Below are positions 13,508 to 25,900 of a stretch of DNA of 64,000 bases, piece after piece. The position numbers and the translations under genes were made by a program. The notes beneath the pieces are model-generated. The model made no database searches. It had not been told where the DNA came from and saw only the letters and a list, made by a program, of their open reading frames with translations. Numbering within the stretch: position 1 is the stretch's first letter; each line of letters opens with the position of its first letter. This DNA comes from Kondoa subrosea (lineage: Eukaryota), in the NCBI GenBank assembly GCA_039545335.1, contig BCIN01000007.1:310001-374000 (forward strand). Direction: 5' to 3'.

Positions 13508-13886
13508 AGATATACGATCTTGCAGGCCGTCCTCTCGCTTGTACTGTACGAGACAAGCGAAACACCATTCGATTTCGAAGGAGCGCACGCGCTGCTTCTG
13601 TCAAGGCCGTAACAGCATGCGCAAACTTGCTTCGCGTCACAAACATGATAGAGTGCATTGGTGCAATGCTTGAGTGCTTTCAGGCGTCCCTGCTCGTTGC
13701 GGTTGCTTGCGGTTGAAGTTCCCTGCTCAATACTGAGTCGTTACCGAGGGTATTCTCAGGCTTCTTCAAAAACATGATGGGTGCAGCGCCTACTGCAAAG
13801 CAAGCCTATGATCTTCTATCGTATTTGTACAGAGATTTTCCGTATATATGCTACATTCTTGAAGTTGTCCATGGTAATTTATCCTC

Positions 13887-16747
13887 TTACAGCTCAAAGA
13901 TGCTGCCGACTTCCGGTACTCTTCCATTACCAAGCAAGATTTCGAACATTGACTGATCGGACTGCTGATGAGAGTTGCCGTTCACGAAATCGTATAAAGC
14001 GTTCTGGAAGTCTTGCCCGTTTTCAGAATCCAAACTTGAAACTGGTGTCTGCGCATCGATGCTATTACTGTAGCTGTTGTTGTAAAGGGACAGTTCCGGC
14101 GAGGTATCGCCAGAAGTAGCTGAAGCTGAAGCGAGAGATTTGGAGTATGCAGCTTTAGGGTGGATATCCGCAAGATTGAAATCTATAATAAATGTTCAGC
14201 CTTCCATGAAAGAACAAAACTTAGAAGCGTACGAAGCATGTGCAAAGTATCATCGCGCTTCTTATAAATCACGCAAAAAACAGATTGCGATCTTGCAACA
14301 TGTTGACCAGGCAGTAGCGTGGAATAATTATTTACCAACATCTGAACTTCCTCGTAAAGACGCATAGAATCTTCGCTACCAGACTTCATGATCGCCAAAA
14401 CCGTTTGCAGACATTGCAATTCTTGCTCCACTGGATTTTCCCAAATTAGCGAGCTATCTGAGACTTTGAGACAGCAAGTTTACATCTAGTAATCTGGTCT
14501 TGATCTTGTGATTGTTTGTGTACTGCGTATTCTTTGATCAGAACTCGGCTTGCAAACCGCCAACAAGTCCACAAGAAAGCTGATTACAGCGAGACATGTT
14601 ATATAATGATGGAGATTTGCCCGAAAGAAGCCTCACAATCACTGTTCGCAATCGCAAGCAACAATTAATGTGCAATAGATCAAAACTGAAAGAAACAACA
14701 TACATTGAGGCTTGATCCAATGCTAAGTTTGCAACAGTGTACAGGACAGCTTGTATCTAGGTAAGCGGCGATGTATAAGACAGCAATGAAGCTTACAAAG
14801 CAATGCTCGCGAGCTAGCCAAACCTGCATTGATAGGTAAGTGAGATAGGGCACACGCAGTCGTTCTACTCACAGATAGACATAGCGACATCAGGTTTTGA
14901 GTCGGAAACAAACTTGTCGTGCATCATAATAGTAGCTAGATGACTGATTCTATTGAAGAAACCCATCGGGTCAGCTCGTTGATATATTGAAAGATGTGGA
15001 CATACGAGCAGGCCAAGACAGTTCTCATATCGCTGAAGTTAGACAAAGCGATCCTGTAATTCCGAGCGAAGCTGTTTCTAAAAGCTATGCAGTCGCCAGC
15101 AAGTTTAGCGAACTCTGGTCGGCTGGCAAACTTCATTGGATCCAGTGGTTCTTTGCTAACGAAATGACTTGTCATGGAGCCAAATGGGTGAGGCATTGTA
15201 CCGAGCAAGTCTGTAACTCTGCTGATCAAGACAACCGATTTCATATAAAGTTGAAGACCTTGCACGTGTTCCGGAGGGTGCTGTAGAAACCATTAGCAGC
15301 TCAACATGCTGTCTGCAGACAATGACATACATATGTAAAGAAGTCCTTCGACTCGGGAGACAAGGCTCGTCCGTGCTTGTATGGCGATTGAAGGGGTCCA
15401 GTTGGTTGAGCGGCATCTGGAAGCAGAGTCGTGAAATCGGAGTTCTTCATTGATGACGGCCATGATGTGTTTACCGAAGCCAGTCTAGGAATAATATGAA
15501 TAAATCGATGCACCCAATTACAATGAAGGAAAGCCTTACCGGTCACGTATATAGGCAAACCAGCAGAGAGCAGCTCTTTCAGCACGCTCCTCCTCGTCTT
15601 CTCTATTAACATCGAAGTCTGCTTTGAGTACTGATGGTATGAAAACCAGCAAGAAACTCTGACTTACGGACTCGGTAGCAGCGAAGGCATACCGGAATTT
15701 TCAACGTACTCATCGCTGGTACTACCATCTTGATTGACATAACTTGTTTCTAAACGATGAATTCCACAAGGCGTAAGCCATCGTAAAGTGGCCGAAGTCC
15801 CCAACCACAAATTTGTATAATCGCCAATATCTTCGTAATAGCTTGATAACAAGACCTGGGCTTGGGCTGCTTCAACGAAGCTTCGACCATGTTGACGACA
15901 AAGACTAAGGTGATGTTTTGCTCGCAGAGCATGGTAAGCTGCTGGATTCAGTTGCTTGCCTTCTTCTGTTTTACGATTAAGGTAGAATGCTGAAGTCGAT
16001 AGTCCGAAAGCGTCAATGCTGACTTTCGTCAAAGCTAAGGCCAATATAGCGTGCAACAGAGTTGTCGCTGGAAAAAGCAGATGCCGACAAGGTAGAAGAA
16101 GGCGACTAAAGAGACGTTCTTTGTGTAATAAGCCGTTCATAGTATGAGCTTTATCGAAGAAGGTTGTCACGAGATCTTGTACAATTGCCGGAGAAGGTAA
16201 ATCAGCAGGCCAACCGGGATAAAGAAGTTCTTGCAGGACAGCATCGGAAAGAGGTTCAGAAGGAAACTGCATGGGCTGAGCGAAAGATTCATGCAGCGCC
16301 TGCCATCCTGTACTATTGAGCGCCGGATCTGCCGGAGAAAAGAGAGGGAGACCAGATCCAGAAGGAATAGGTTGGCCGGTAGGTATCTGAGACTCCAGTC
16401 GAGCGATTTTGTTCTCCAAAGCTGTAATCCGGCTTGCTTCGTCTTCAGCTGACTGCTTCTTCACTTTCTTGACGCTGCCTTCGCCAAATTGGCATACAAC
16501 TAAATTTGGGTCGTCACCTCTTGCTGAAGCAGAACGTCGGCTTCAATACACTTAGCGAGACATTCACTGCAGTGCGGAGGACATACCAAGCAGAGCAGGA
16601 AGGCTTCTGAGCATCGCACTTCACCTTTCTTGAGCGACATGTCAGACTACAATCAGGTCAGCGAACCTCTTCACTCGGCACAACGACTTGAACACACCAA
16701 GCTTGATTTCTCGGCAAAGCTGGCTTGTTCGTACGCTCTGGTGCCAT
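13887..16747 (-). CDS. Zn(II)2Cys6 transcription factor, tandem copy B (paralog of 10515-13507)
   Basis: MAPERTNKPALPRNQACLTCRSRKVKCDAQKPSCSACRRSASARGDDPNLVVCQF. Colinear with copy A throughout. Ends ...GSIFEL* with TAA at 13887-13889. Confidence 0.9.
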
Positions 16748-17907
16748 TGCTCACAGCTGGACAGTGATTGAACGTGGTCGTGGTGCGGTGTAAGCAGCAA
16801 ATAACATTCGGGCATCAGTCACCGAGATGCACTAGAGGCACTTGAGAGGCAAAGCGGAGGCAAATTCTTCTTCTGCATGTCGGTAGTGTATCGTGGCCGT
16901 ACTCCTTTCTACTGTCTCCGCTACTATTGGTATTTTCTTCTGTCATTCTGCAGTACTTTTTTCACTTGTTCTCGGCTAGGCCCCAGCTCCTGGCCTTATG
17001 GATTGACCACATTTCGCGAGGAAGCTGTCTCATACTTGCCTTTTTCTTCTTCTTCTTCTTACTCTAAGCACAATATACCGACTGAGCATGTCTTTACTTC
17101 GTTCTTCGGTCGCTTTGCCTTCCATTCGCTTTGCTTCTCTTTGGCCTAAGTACTGCTGTGCATCTCGCCATATATCAACACGCTGCATTATGTGTAGAGA
17201 TTACCGACGGAACGTGTTCATCCGTGCAACCCTATCAAACCTAACTTCTGGATCTACTGGCGACTCAATTCTGTCCAATCACTGCGTCTCCCCTTCTTCT
17301 CCTAGCGCTCCGCTACGAAATAAATCGAAAAGCCGGAAGCACTTTGGCCTTGACTTGGTCTTGATTCTGCTTGTCAATGACGCTGTATCTGCACAAATCT
17401 CTGTGCTTTGATTCTCGCCACGATCTTCTTTTCAAAGGTTACTCCTTATCGTCAGTCTGCAGACTTATCGCCTGACAAAGCATGCCCCGGTGAGTTTATC
17501 TTCTTCCCGCTTATCACCTAAAACGCAAATGGGAAAGCATTGCTGAAAAGGGCATTAGAGCATATAGAGGTGCATGTAGTAGGCATAAGATCTTCGGCTA
17601 TCGAGCTTTGACCCCGCGCGATCCTTTCGAGGATTTCTGCCTTTTCAAATCTTGACCCTGCACATATCAGATTCCCATATTCAGCAAGTGATCGAGATAT
17701 ATCCTTCAAAATAGACCATAAGACCTAGTCCCAATACCTCTACAGCCTTAGACAGTAGACAGCTTCCCTGCTTTTCGGAAAACGAAATCACCTTTGAAGG
17801 TTCGTGCTTTGCGTCAAGCTCCGGCAGTCGAGCACCTGAAGCGCGTGTGAATAGCTTATCTCCCATCACTCCCATCCAAACCTCCACACTCTTAACGCTC
17901 AACAGTC

Positions 17908-19766
17908 ATGTCTACCTCAAATGAAATTACACCTACCAAAGGTTAGTCTGCTATTCAACAGGCTTGTATTTAGCTTAGACCATGCAACAGTGAAGAAGAT
18001 TGCCTGCATTGGTGCCGTAAGCTAGGCCTGCATGACGGTCTAAGCTGTGCTCACACTGTACATTAGGGCTATGTCGGTGGACCAACCTGCTCTCTGATCG
18101 CCTACAAATGCCCGCATATCACGGTAACGATCGGTATGTCGTTTCTATATGTGCTAGGCATTTATCTGATTAAACGCAAAGTCGATATCAACCCTGCGCG
18201 CATTGCACAATGGAATTCAGACAAGCTCCCTATCTTTGAACCTGGTTTAGATGAGATCGTCAAGCAGTGCAGAGGAAAGAATCTCTTCTTCGATACAGAC
18301 GTGGATAAAGCTATCAAGGAAGCTGACTTGATCTTCGTTTCTGTCAACACTCCAGTCAGTAATCTCTCGTTACTGCTTATCAAAAGGCTGATGTTGCTTG
18401 TAGACCAAGACTTCAGGTGTCGGTGCAGGGTCTGCTGCAGATCTCAGGTAACATAACTTGCTTTTACGTTCTCACTGAACTTAATCAGATTCGTCATTAT
18501 AGTTATGTCGAATTATCTACTCGCCGAATTGCGACAGTCGCAACTTCTTCCAAGATCGTAGTAGAAAAGTCAACTGTTCCCTGCCGTACAGCTGAATCTA
18601 TGCGAACCATCTTGGAAGCCAATTCTCGTCCTGGTTTGAGATTCGATATCCTTTCCAACCCTGAATTCTTGGCTGAAGGAACTGCTGTTTCTGATCTACT
18701 TAACCCCGATCGTGTCCTTATTGGATCTCTACCAAGTCCAGAAGGAAAAGCTGCTTCAGCTGCTTTGACGGAAGTGTATTGCAATTGGGTACCAAAAGAG
18801 AGAGTCATTACTACTGGTTTATGGTCTTCAGAACTATCCAAACTGGTGCGCAGCATTTCACGTCTTGAAAAGCTGTGCTTATTGAGATTGTGTGCTTGTA
18901 CAGGCCGCCAACGCTCTTCTTGCTCAACGTATTTCTTCTATCAACTCTCTTTCGGCAATTTGCGAAGCGACAGGAGCAGACATTGATGAAGTAGCGTACG
19001 CTTGCGGAAGAGATAATCGACTTGGTTCTCGTTTCCTAAAAGCTTCCGTTGGCTTTGGTGGATCTTGTTTCCAAAAAGATATACTCAACTTGAGTTATCT
19101 TGCCGAATCTCTCAATTTACCTGAAGTAGCTGCTTACTGGAAAGCTGTGACTGATATGAACGATTACCAAAAACGTCGTTTTGGTCAAAAAGTGGTCAAG
19201 AACTTGTTCAACACCATCAGAGGCAAAAGAATCGCTTTGCTTGGTTTCGCTTTTAAAAAAGATACGGGAGATACAAGAGCTTCGGCTGCTATTGATTTGG
19301 CTAAAGGTTTCAGAGCTGAAGGTGCCAATATTGCGATTTTCGACCCTAAAGTTCCTCATCATCAAATTTATACCGATTTGACGGATCTGAAAGTTCATGG
19401 AGATGCGGAGAATGGTCAGTCAGCACACCCGTGTCCAGCATGTGAGTGCTCATTCACCGGTTATTCAACAGTGAAGCAGCAAGTTACTATTTGCGCAAGT
19501 GCCGCTGAAGCTTGCCAAGGTGCTGAAGGTGTAGTTGTTGCAACTGAATGGTCAGTCCCATCGAAAAGTCAATTCAGCATTGTCTGATTGAGATTGCGGC
19601 GACTCTTGACAGGGATGAATTCAAGACCCTAGATTGGCAAGCGATCTACGATAGCATGCACAAACCTGCGTTCGTCTTCGATGGACGTCTCATTCTCGAT
19701 CGGGTCGCATTGGCCAAGATTGGCTTCAAGGTAGAAACGATTGGTAACGGCAGTCATATCCTTTAA
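17908..19766 (+). CDS. UGD1: UDP-glucose 6-dehydrogenase
   Basis: [15 protein letters not shown] Rossmann motif; [37 protein letters not shown] (catalytic Cys); [18 protein letters not shown]. Confidence 0.97.
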
Positions 19767-19930
19767 AGGTTATTTTTGCGGTTGGGCATTAGTGGTGGGA
19801 TTTGTTCGTGTTTTGTACTAGACAAAAGATTGCCGGTCGGCTGGTCTGGATCAGCAGTCACTTGGGAGTAATGGGAGTACGCAAAGTAAAGGGCAAAACT
19901 TTCTTCATATTTCGATTGCAATAGACTAGA

Positions 19931-22482
19931 CTAGTTCTCGCTTTCCTGATTGGCCGCAGTGATGCGACCTTGCAACTGAGTCTCGACGTAGCGAAGCAAA
20001 GTGTCATGTTCGGCATCCGCCAGAATCTCAATTTCTGCTTTTCGCTGGCGATGCAGCATGATCTGAAGTTCGTTCCTGCAAAGAATGTCGGCAAAGAACT
20101 CTGTGACCAAAGAGCATACTCACCTCCACAATTCAGGCAAATTAGGCCGCTCAAGCATCGTATGTGCTTTCTTTCGATCAGATGAAGTCAGTACAAGCAA
20201 TCGATCAGGCGAAACATCAAAACTGCATGTACTCGTTAGGTCCGTCCTTGCATCGACGTACAGATCACGAGACTGACTGTGCTAGATCATTCATTCGTAG
20301 ACCTAACCAATCGACTCGAGCTGCGACGAGATTTGCATTGTCGAAAGCCATTCTGCTGCTACCAAAGCGATAGGTAGATAGGATATCTATACCATGCGGA
20401 TCTCCATCGACGAGGCAACATATCGGGACACTATAAAATTCCCTTGAATGAGTGTTGTCTGTAATAGTTGCGGTGGGAAAACTACCTGCCTGTCAGGCAA
20501 AGTTTCGCTGAGGTACTTCACAAGCTCGCGAGTGCTCGTATCTGGATAGCCTTTCCCCGTGATCAAGATCCCATTTCCCGCCATAAAAGGTGCAGAACGA
20601 AGAGTTTGGAAGACGGCCTGATCGCCTCAGTCTAGCATCACACTGACTGACCAAGAAATGACTCACCTCCTTCTCTACTATCAACACAAACTTTGCATGC
20701 CTTGTCTCAATATGATCAATCAATTCATGCGGACTGATGAGCTGCGCGGTCTGCGTAGCGTCTGCTATTTCGCCATTTTTCAGATGCAATATGCACGAGC
20801 CGAAAACCAAGCCTTTCGAAGCAGCGACCTATTATATGCATAAGTGCTTGTACGGTCATGGGGAAAGCAATGCCTTACAATGTTGAGGTCAAACCGTCTA
20901 CAGCCCAAAGTCGCAGCTAGATCATTGACCAGCTATTATCTGTGAAATCAGCCGAATCTAAAATAGGCGAGAAGCTAACCTGGTCGACAACGAGCTGTTT
21001 CCCAAAGAGTGATACATCTTTGTAGTATAAATCTCGTTGAGTAGACACAGTGTTTGATGCTAATCCATCAATGAGCAGTTCAATCAATCGAACCAGAATA
21101 GCTGTCATATACATCAATCAACAAACCACAGAGTGTGGATTGAGTTGACTGATGACTGACCTAATTCTTTCGCTCCGTGCCCTCTACCTTTCCCGCTTCT
21201 TCGAGGAAAAATAACGCGTTTCAATTTCCCTTGCTCTTTGCTCGATCGGTTAATCAGCTCAATACTCAATGATTGTATTCGGGGGAAAGTGACGATTTTA
21301 GGTTTCGTAGATGCTGCAGTCCTTCGTTTTCGTTTTCTTCGCGCAGGCTGACTTTGTGTTTGTGTTTGTGTTTCTTCTTCTCCTTCTTCTTCTTCTGGTT
21401 CAGAATCGTCCAGTGGCTCCAAAGTAGAAGAGATTTGTAGAACTAGAGATAAAACTAAAGATGAAAGTGCTTGAATGACCGCATTCCTATGTCCATTTGC
21501 ATCAAGCTCGACGAAGAAGCATCTCTCAATTGAAAATAACTGACCTTCGTTCTTCTTCTGACTGATCTTCTGTGAATCTAACAAGAAAAGCAGATCGTTT
21601 ACCCTTTTCCAACAATTTCCTCTTTCGCTCTTTTACTTCTATTTGCACCCGTTCCTCCTCTTTTGCATCAGTATTTCCCATTCTGACCTGACTTTCAGTT
21701 TCTTGCACAGGATCATCAAGTATCAAAGGCTCCAAGCGAGGTACAGTAGGAGGAGACGGCATTCTCATTCGCTCAATCCTAGGTTGTTGCGTGAATGATA
21801 AGTCACGCGTGGCAGTATCATGCTCTAAAATTGGTGTAGTGTTGATTCTCGCCTGAGAACGACGATTACGGATACGGACTAAAGGCGGAGGACTAGAAGA
21901 AGGTGCAGGAATAGGAGAGGGTATACGATCTGAAGGGGTTTGTTCGATTGAGAGTGCTATCTTCCTGCGTGATCTAGTCTGCTTCTTCTTCTTCTCCTTC
22001 TTCCTCGTGTTGACTGAAAGAGTGCTCGTAAGAGGTAAAGACGGTTCCATAAGCTGATTTGGACCAGAATACTGGATATCAAGTGACATGGAAACCAACT
22101 CTTCTTCATCTTTTTCTTGCTGTTTATGAGTAAGAGCAGGAGTAGGAGATTCAAGCTCAAGTATATCTTCATCATCAATTGCATCCTGAGTGAAGGACAA
22201 ATCCAGCATCCCAGAGTCTGGCTCGCTTTCCCTGTCTGATAGATGCATTTCCGCCAGAGATAACTCTGAGCATTCATTCTCGCTTATTAAAGATGAAGAA
22301 GACATGTCGAAATCATAAAGCAAGGAATCGTTTGAAGAAGCTGCATCGTTATTATCAGATTCGTCTGAAGATTGCAAGATATCTTGCGCTGGCTGTGTTA
22401 CTGCTCTGTAGGTTTTACTAGTTTGGTATAGGTCACTTAGAGTGTTGGTATGTCCAGTCAACTCATCATCAGAAGCAGACAT
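19931..22482 (-). CDS. SPO11: Meiotic topoisomerase-like double-strand-break protein Spo11 with long acidic N-terminal extension
   Basis: TQRDLYYKD (catalytic Tyr region), AASKGLVFG, VLIVEKEAVF, ITGKGYPD, LVDGDPHG (DxD of the TOPRIM domain), KAEIE. Stop at 19931-19933. Confidence 0.95.
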
Positions 22483-22952
22483 CGCGGTTGCAGTAAACCA
22501 TAATCCGACTATTTGCCAGGGTCAGAGAGTGACAACCACACCGTCAAACGCTGATCAGTCCCTATTCTTGCATCGCTGTGAGCGATAGGTGTAACTCAAA
22601 CAGCCTACCATCTTCGCATTTGAAGCGGGATTCTGCCGTCCTCTCTGGGTCTTCGAATGGATTGATGAAGTTTCGGCGACAAGTGACGCGACGCATCCGT
22701 CACGGCTCGTACTGGCTCGGCTTGGTTTCAATGGTTTGCCTTAAATCGTCAGTTACTCCTTAGAGACATTTCTAGGGGTCCCGTTTTTGACTCGGCAAAG
22801 CAGCTGTCGTGGGACAATGTCTTGCTGGACAAGACAAGAAGTCAAGGCGCTACTAAGCGTCTATTTTTGCAACACTACTTCCACAAGCCACTGCAGATCA
22901 GAGATTGTCCTGGTACCACGTCGATCCTTCTATTTTCGCGCAGTCTGTTGCC

Positions 22953-25900
22953 ATGCGCCTTGCACAGCTGCTTCTCTGGAGTGGATCACTGAGCCTGGTC
23001 CTTGCCGTCAATCCTTGCATTTTAGTAAACGGTTGTCAAGGCGACGGCGGGTCATGCAGGGGTACGTTTTTAGCCTCGCCTCTACTGTTGAAGTTTGAGC
23101 TAATGAATCGATCAAGCAACCGGTTCAATTTGTGTCAGCTGCCTTCGGCTCCTTATTGGTGGATTGATGAATTGATCTTCATTTCTACTAGGTCTCGCAC
23201 GACGATTGTTGTTCCGGGTATTGCTATGAAGGGTAAGCCAAGGGCCAGAGCAATTCTTTTCCAGGCTAATGTTACTCCTTCCGCCCAGCGATGACGATCT
23301 TACATTGATTTGCGCTGACAAACGTCTGTCTATACTACGCATATACTAAACTCTGAGCTTATATCCAGTCAGCTGCTACACCTGAACCTGATCCACCCTC
23401 TGCTCCACCAGGACCGACATGTCGTGAGCTCTGTCGCACAATTTCCATTCATATACAGCTAATGCGTTTGATCTCAGCGCGTCTGGCTTTGCAAGCAGCC
23501 TGGTAAACACGTTGTGCATTAGAACCCAGACAGGTCCTAAAAATTCGAATAAACAGTACCTCAAACTCTCAGTGCTGCTCCAACTATTGCGCTGAGATTT
23601 TCAATCCCGATACTGGTGATGGTTTCTATTGCGGCCAATGTTCAAGTGCTGGTAGTCCGTGGTACGGCTTTTCTTTCGATCTTACGCCTCAAACAAGACT
23701 CATTCATGTGTCTAATCAGCGCTTTTGATGGTACTTGCTGCGGTGGCGCAACTTGCAACGCCGATGGTTATTGTGTTGCATGTGCCAACGGTGGTGAGCA
23801 TGTCTTGGTATCGAAGACTGTGATTCGAGCACTAACAAATATCAGGCATCAACTCAGTTGGACAGCCTTGCACTTCTGCCGGGGATTGCTGCTCGGGTTA
23901 CTGCAATAAAATAGCGAACACATGCGGAAAACGCGGTAAGATTTTCCCACAGCATGAAGCATCTTTGTCCGTCTCATCATTATGTACTAGGATTTCGAGA
24001 AAGTTGCTCTGTACTCGCCGATTGTCAAACAGGGCTCTATTGTAGTCGCGGAATTCGAGCCCCTACCACTATCGGACCAAACACATGCCTATATGTCGAA
24101 GGCCAGCCGTGCTTATACAACGGTGACTGCGATTTTGGATACTGTAGCTCAGCGAAAAAATGTTTGACCCAGCTTGGTTTTCAGCAGCCATGTATTTATT
24201 GTCTCTTATTCTGCTCACTCGGTAATCTAACGCTGCCAACAACAGGTTCTTCAGACGAAGGTTGTCTTACCGGTTACTCATGCGTTGGAGCCAGCTCAGG
24301 GCAACAGGGAACCTGTCTCGGAAGTACGCTGAACTATACTCTATTACCGTGTCGGCGCTAATGAGCTCACCTGTGCAGGTTCCGGACAATATTGCGCGGC
24401 AGCAACAGACTGTGCTTCAGGTGGTTGCGTGTCTAGAGCGTGCGCGTCTTCTTGCAGCGCTTCAAGCCCATGCGGGAGTGGCTATTATTGCCTCAACTCC
24501 GCATCAAGCAGCTATTGCCAGCCCCAGTCTGGTAGGCTCTTAGAATCCCTCAACACGATAGTTGGCGCTAATATAGGCAAACAGGCAATCTGCAACCGTG
24601 TTCAAGTGCTATACAATGCTCATCGGGAATATGCAATACACTCACCAACAAATGTGTTTCTGGAGCGGCTGGAACTCTATGCAGCGTCGCAACAGACTGT
24701 CAATCAGATCTGACTTGTATAAACAACATCTGTGGTACTGCGTTGAAGGCAGATGGAGCAGCTTGCTCGTTCCGATCTAGCGATGATGGAAGCTGTGCAG
24801 CGAATTTTTGCAACTCACAAGGGAAATGCGGTTATCAGCGTATGTCATACCCTCAGTTTAGAGCCTCACGGTGGCTAAAAAAGAAATCAGCTGCTGGAGG
24901 CGCTTGTTCTTCTACTGTCTTCTTGAATGACTGTCAAAGTCCCAATACATGTACTGGTGGCTTTTGCACAGCTCCCAAAGGCAATTCATGCACTTCTTCG
25001 AATCAATGCGTACGCCTTGCCAGATATATGCTCCTTTGGCTTTGAGAAACTCACCCTTTGTTCAAGGTCACCGGGATTTGTACAAGCGGTATTTGTTCGG
25101 CCTGCCAATCGGCAAGTGATTGCTCTGCAACGGAAGTCTGCAATCCCTCCGGTGGCGGATCGGGGTAAGTTCTGTTACTTGATACAGTGCATGACGATTG
25201 ATTAATTTTGACATAGCTGTCTTCCTGCTCAACTTACTGCCGGCTCAACCTGTACCCTGAGTCAGCAATGTCTATCTGGCCAATGCCTCAGAACGTGAGT
25301 GTTGTATTGTCGAGCCCATCATTACTCTAAATCCGTTTGAACCGTTAGTTGTCAAACTAGCTCGCTAAACGGCGCATGTCAATCGGACAACGACTGTGGT
25401 TCGACACAATTTTGCAATAAGCCCAACAGTGGAGCCACGGGGTGAGGCTACCTTTCAAGATCGCGCATTGAGACTGAAATCTGTCTAGGACCTGCACTCA
25501 AGGACAGCTCACGGTTGGCTCTAGCTGTGCTCAGAACGTGCAGTGCCTGTCTGGACAATGCAGCAACGGCAAGTAAGGATGGATTCGCTTTCAACCCCTA
25601 TGTGCATGATTCAAGGTCTTTATTTTTCCTTACAGATGTTTGGCCAGCGCAACAAATGGGCCATGTCAATCCGCCAACGACTGCTCTTCTTCCGATATCT
25701 GTCAGTCAAATGGGGGAGGCTCATTCGGGTAAACGCACAATGGCTTTTTCGTTGTCGCATTTTCTGATGTTCGCATGAAGCTCCTGCCTTCCCGGACAAC
25801 TTGGTGCTGGACAAGCTTGCACAGCTTACCAACAATGCCTGTCGGGTCTGTGTAGTAACGGGGTGCAAGCTTCGCTGTTTCTCCGTTTTTCCACGTTGTG

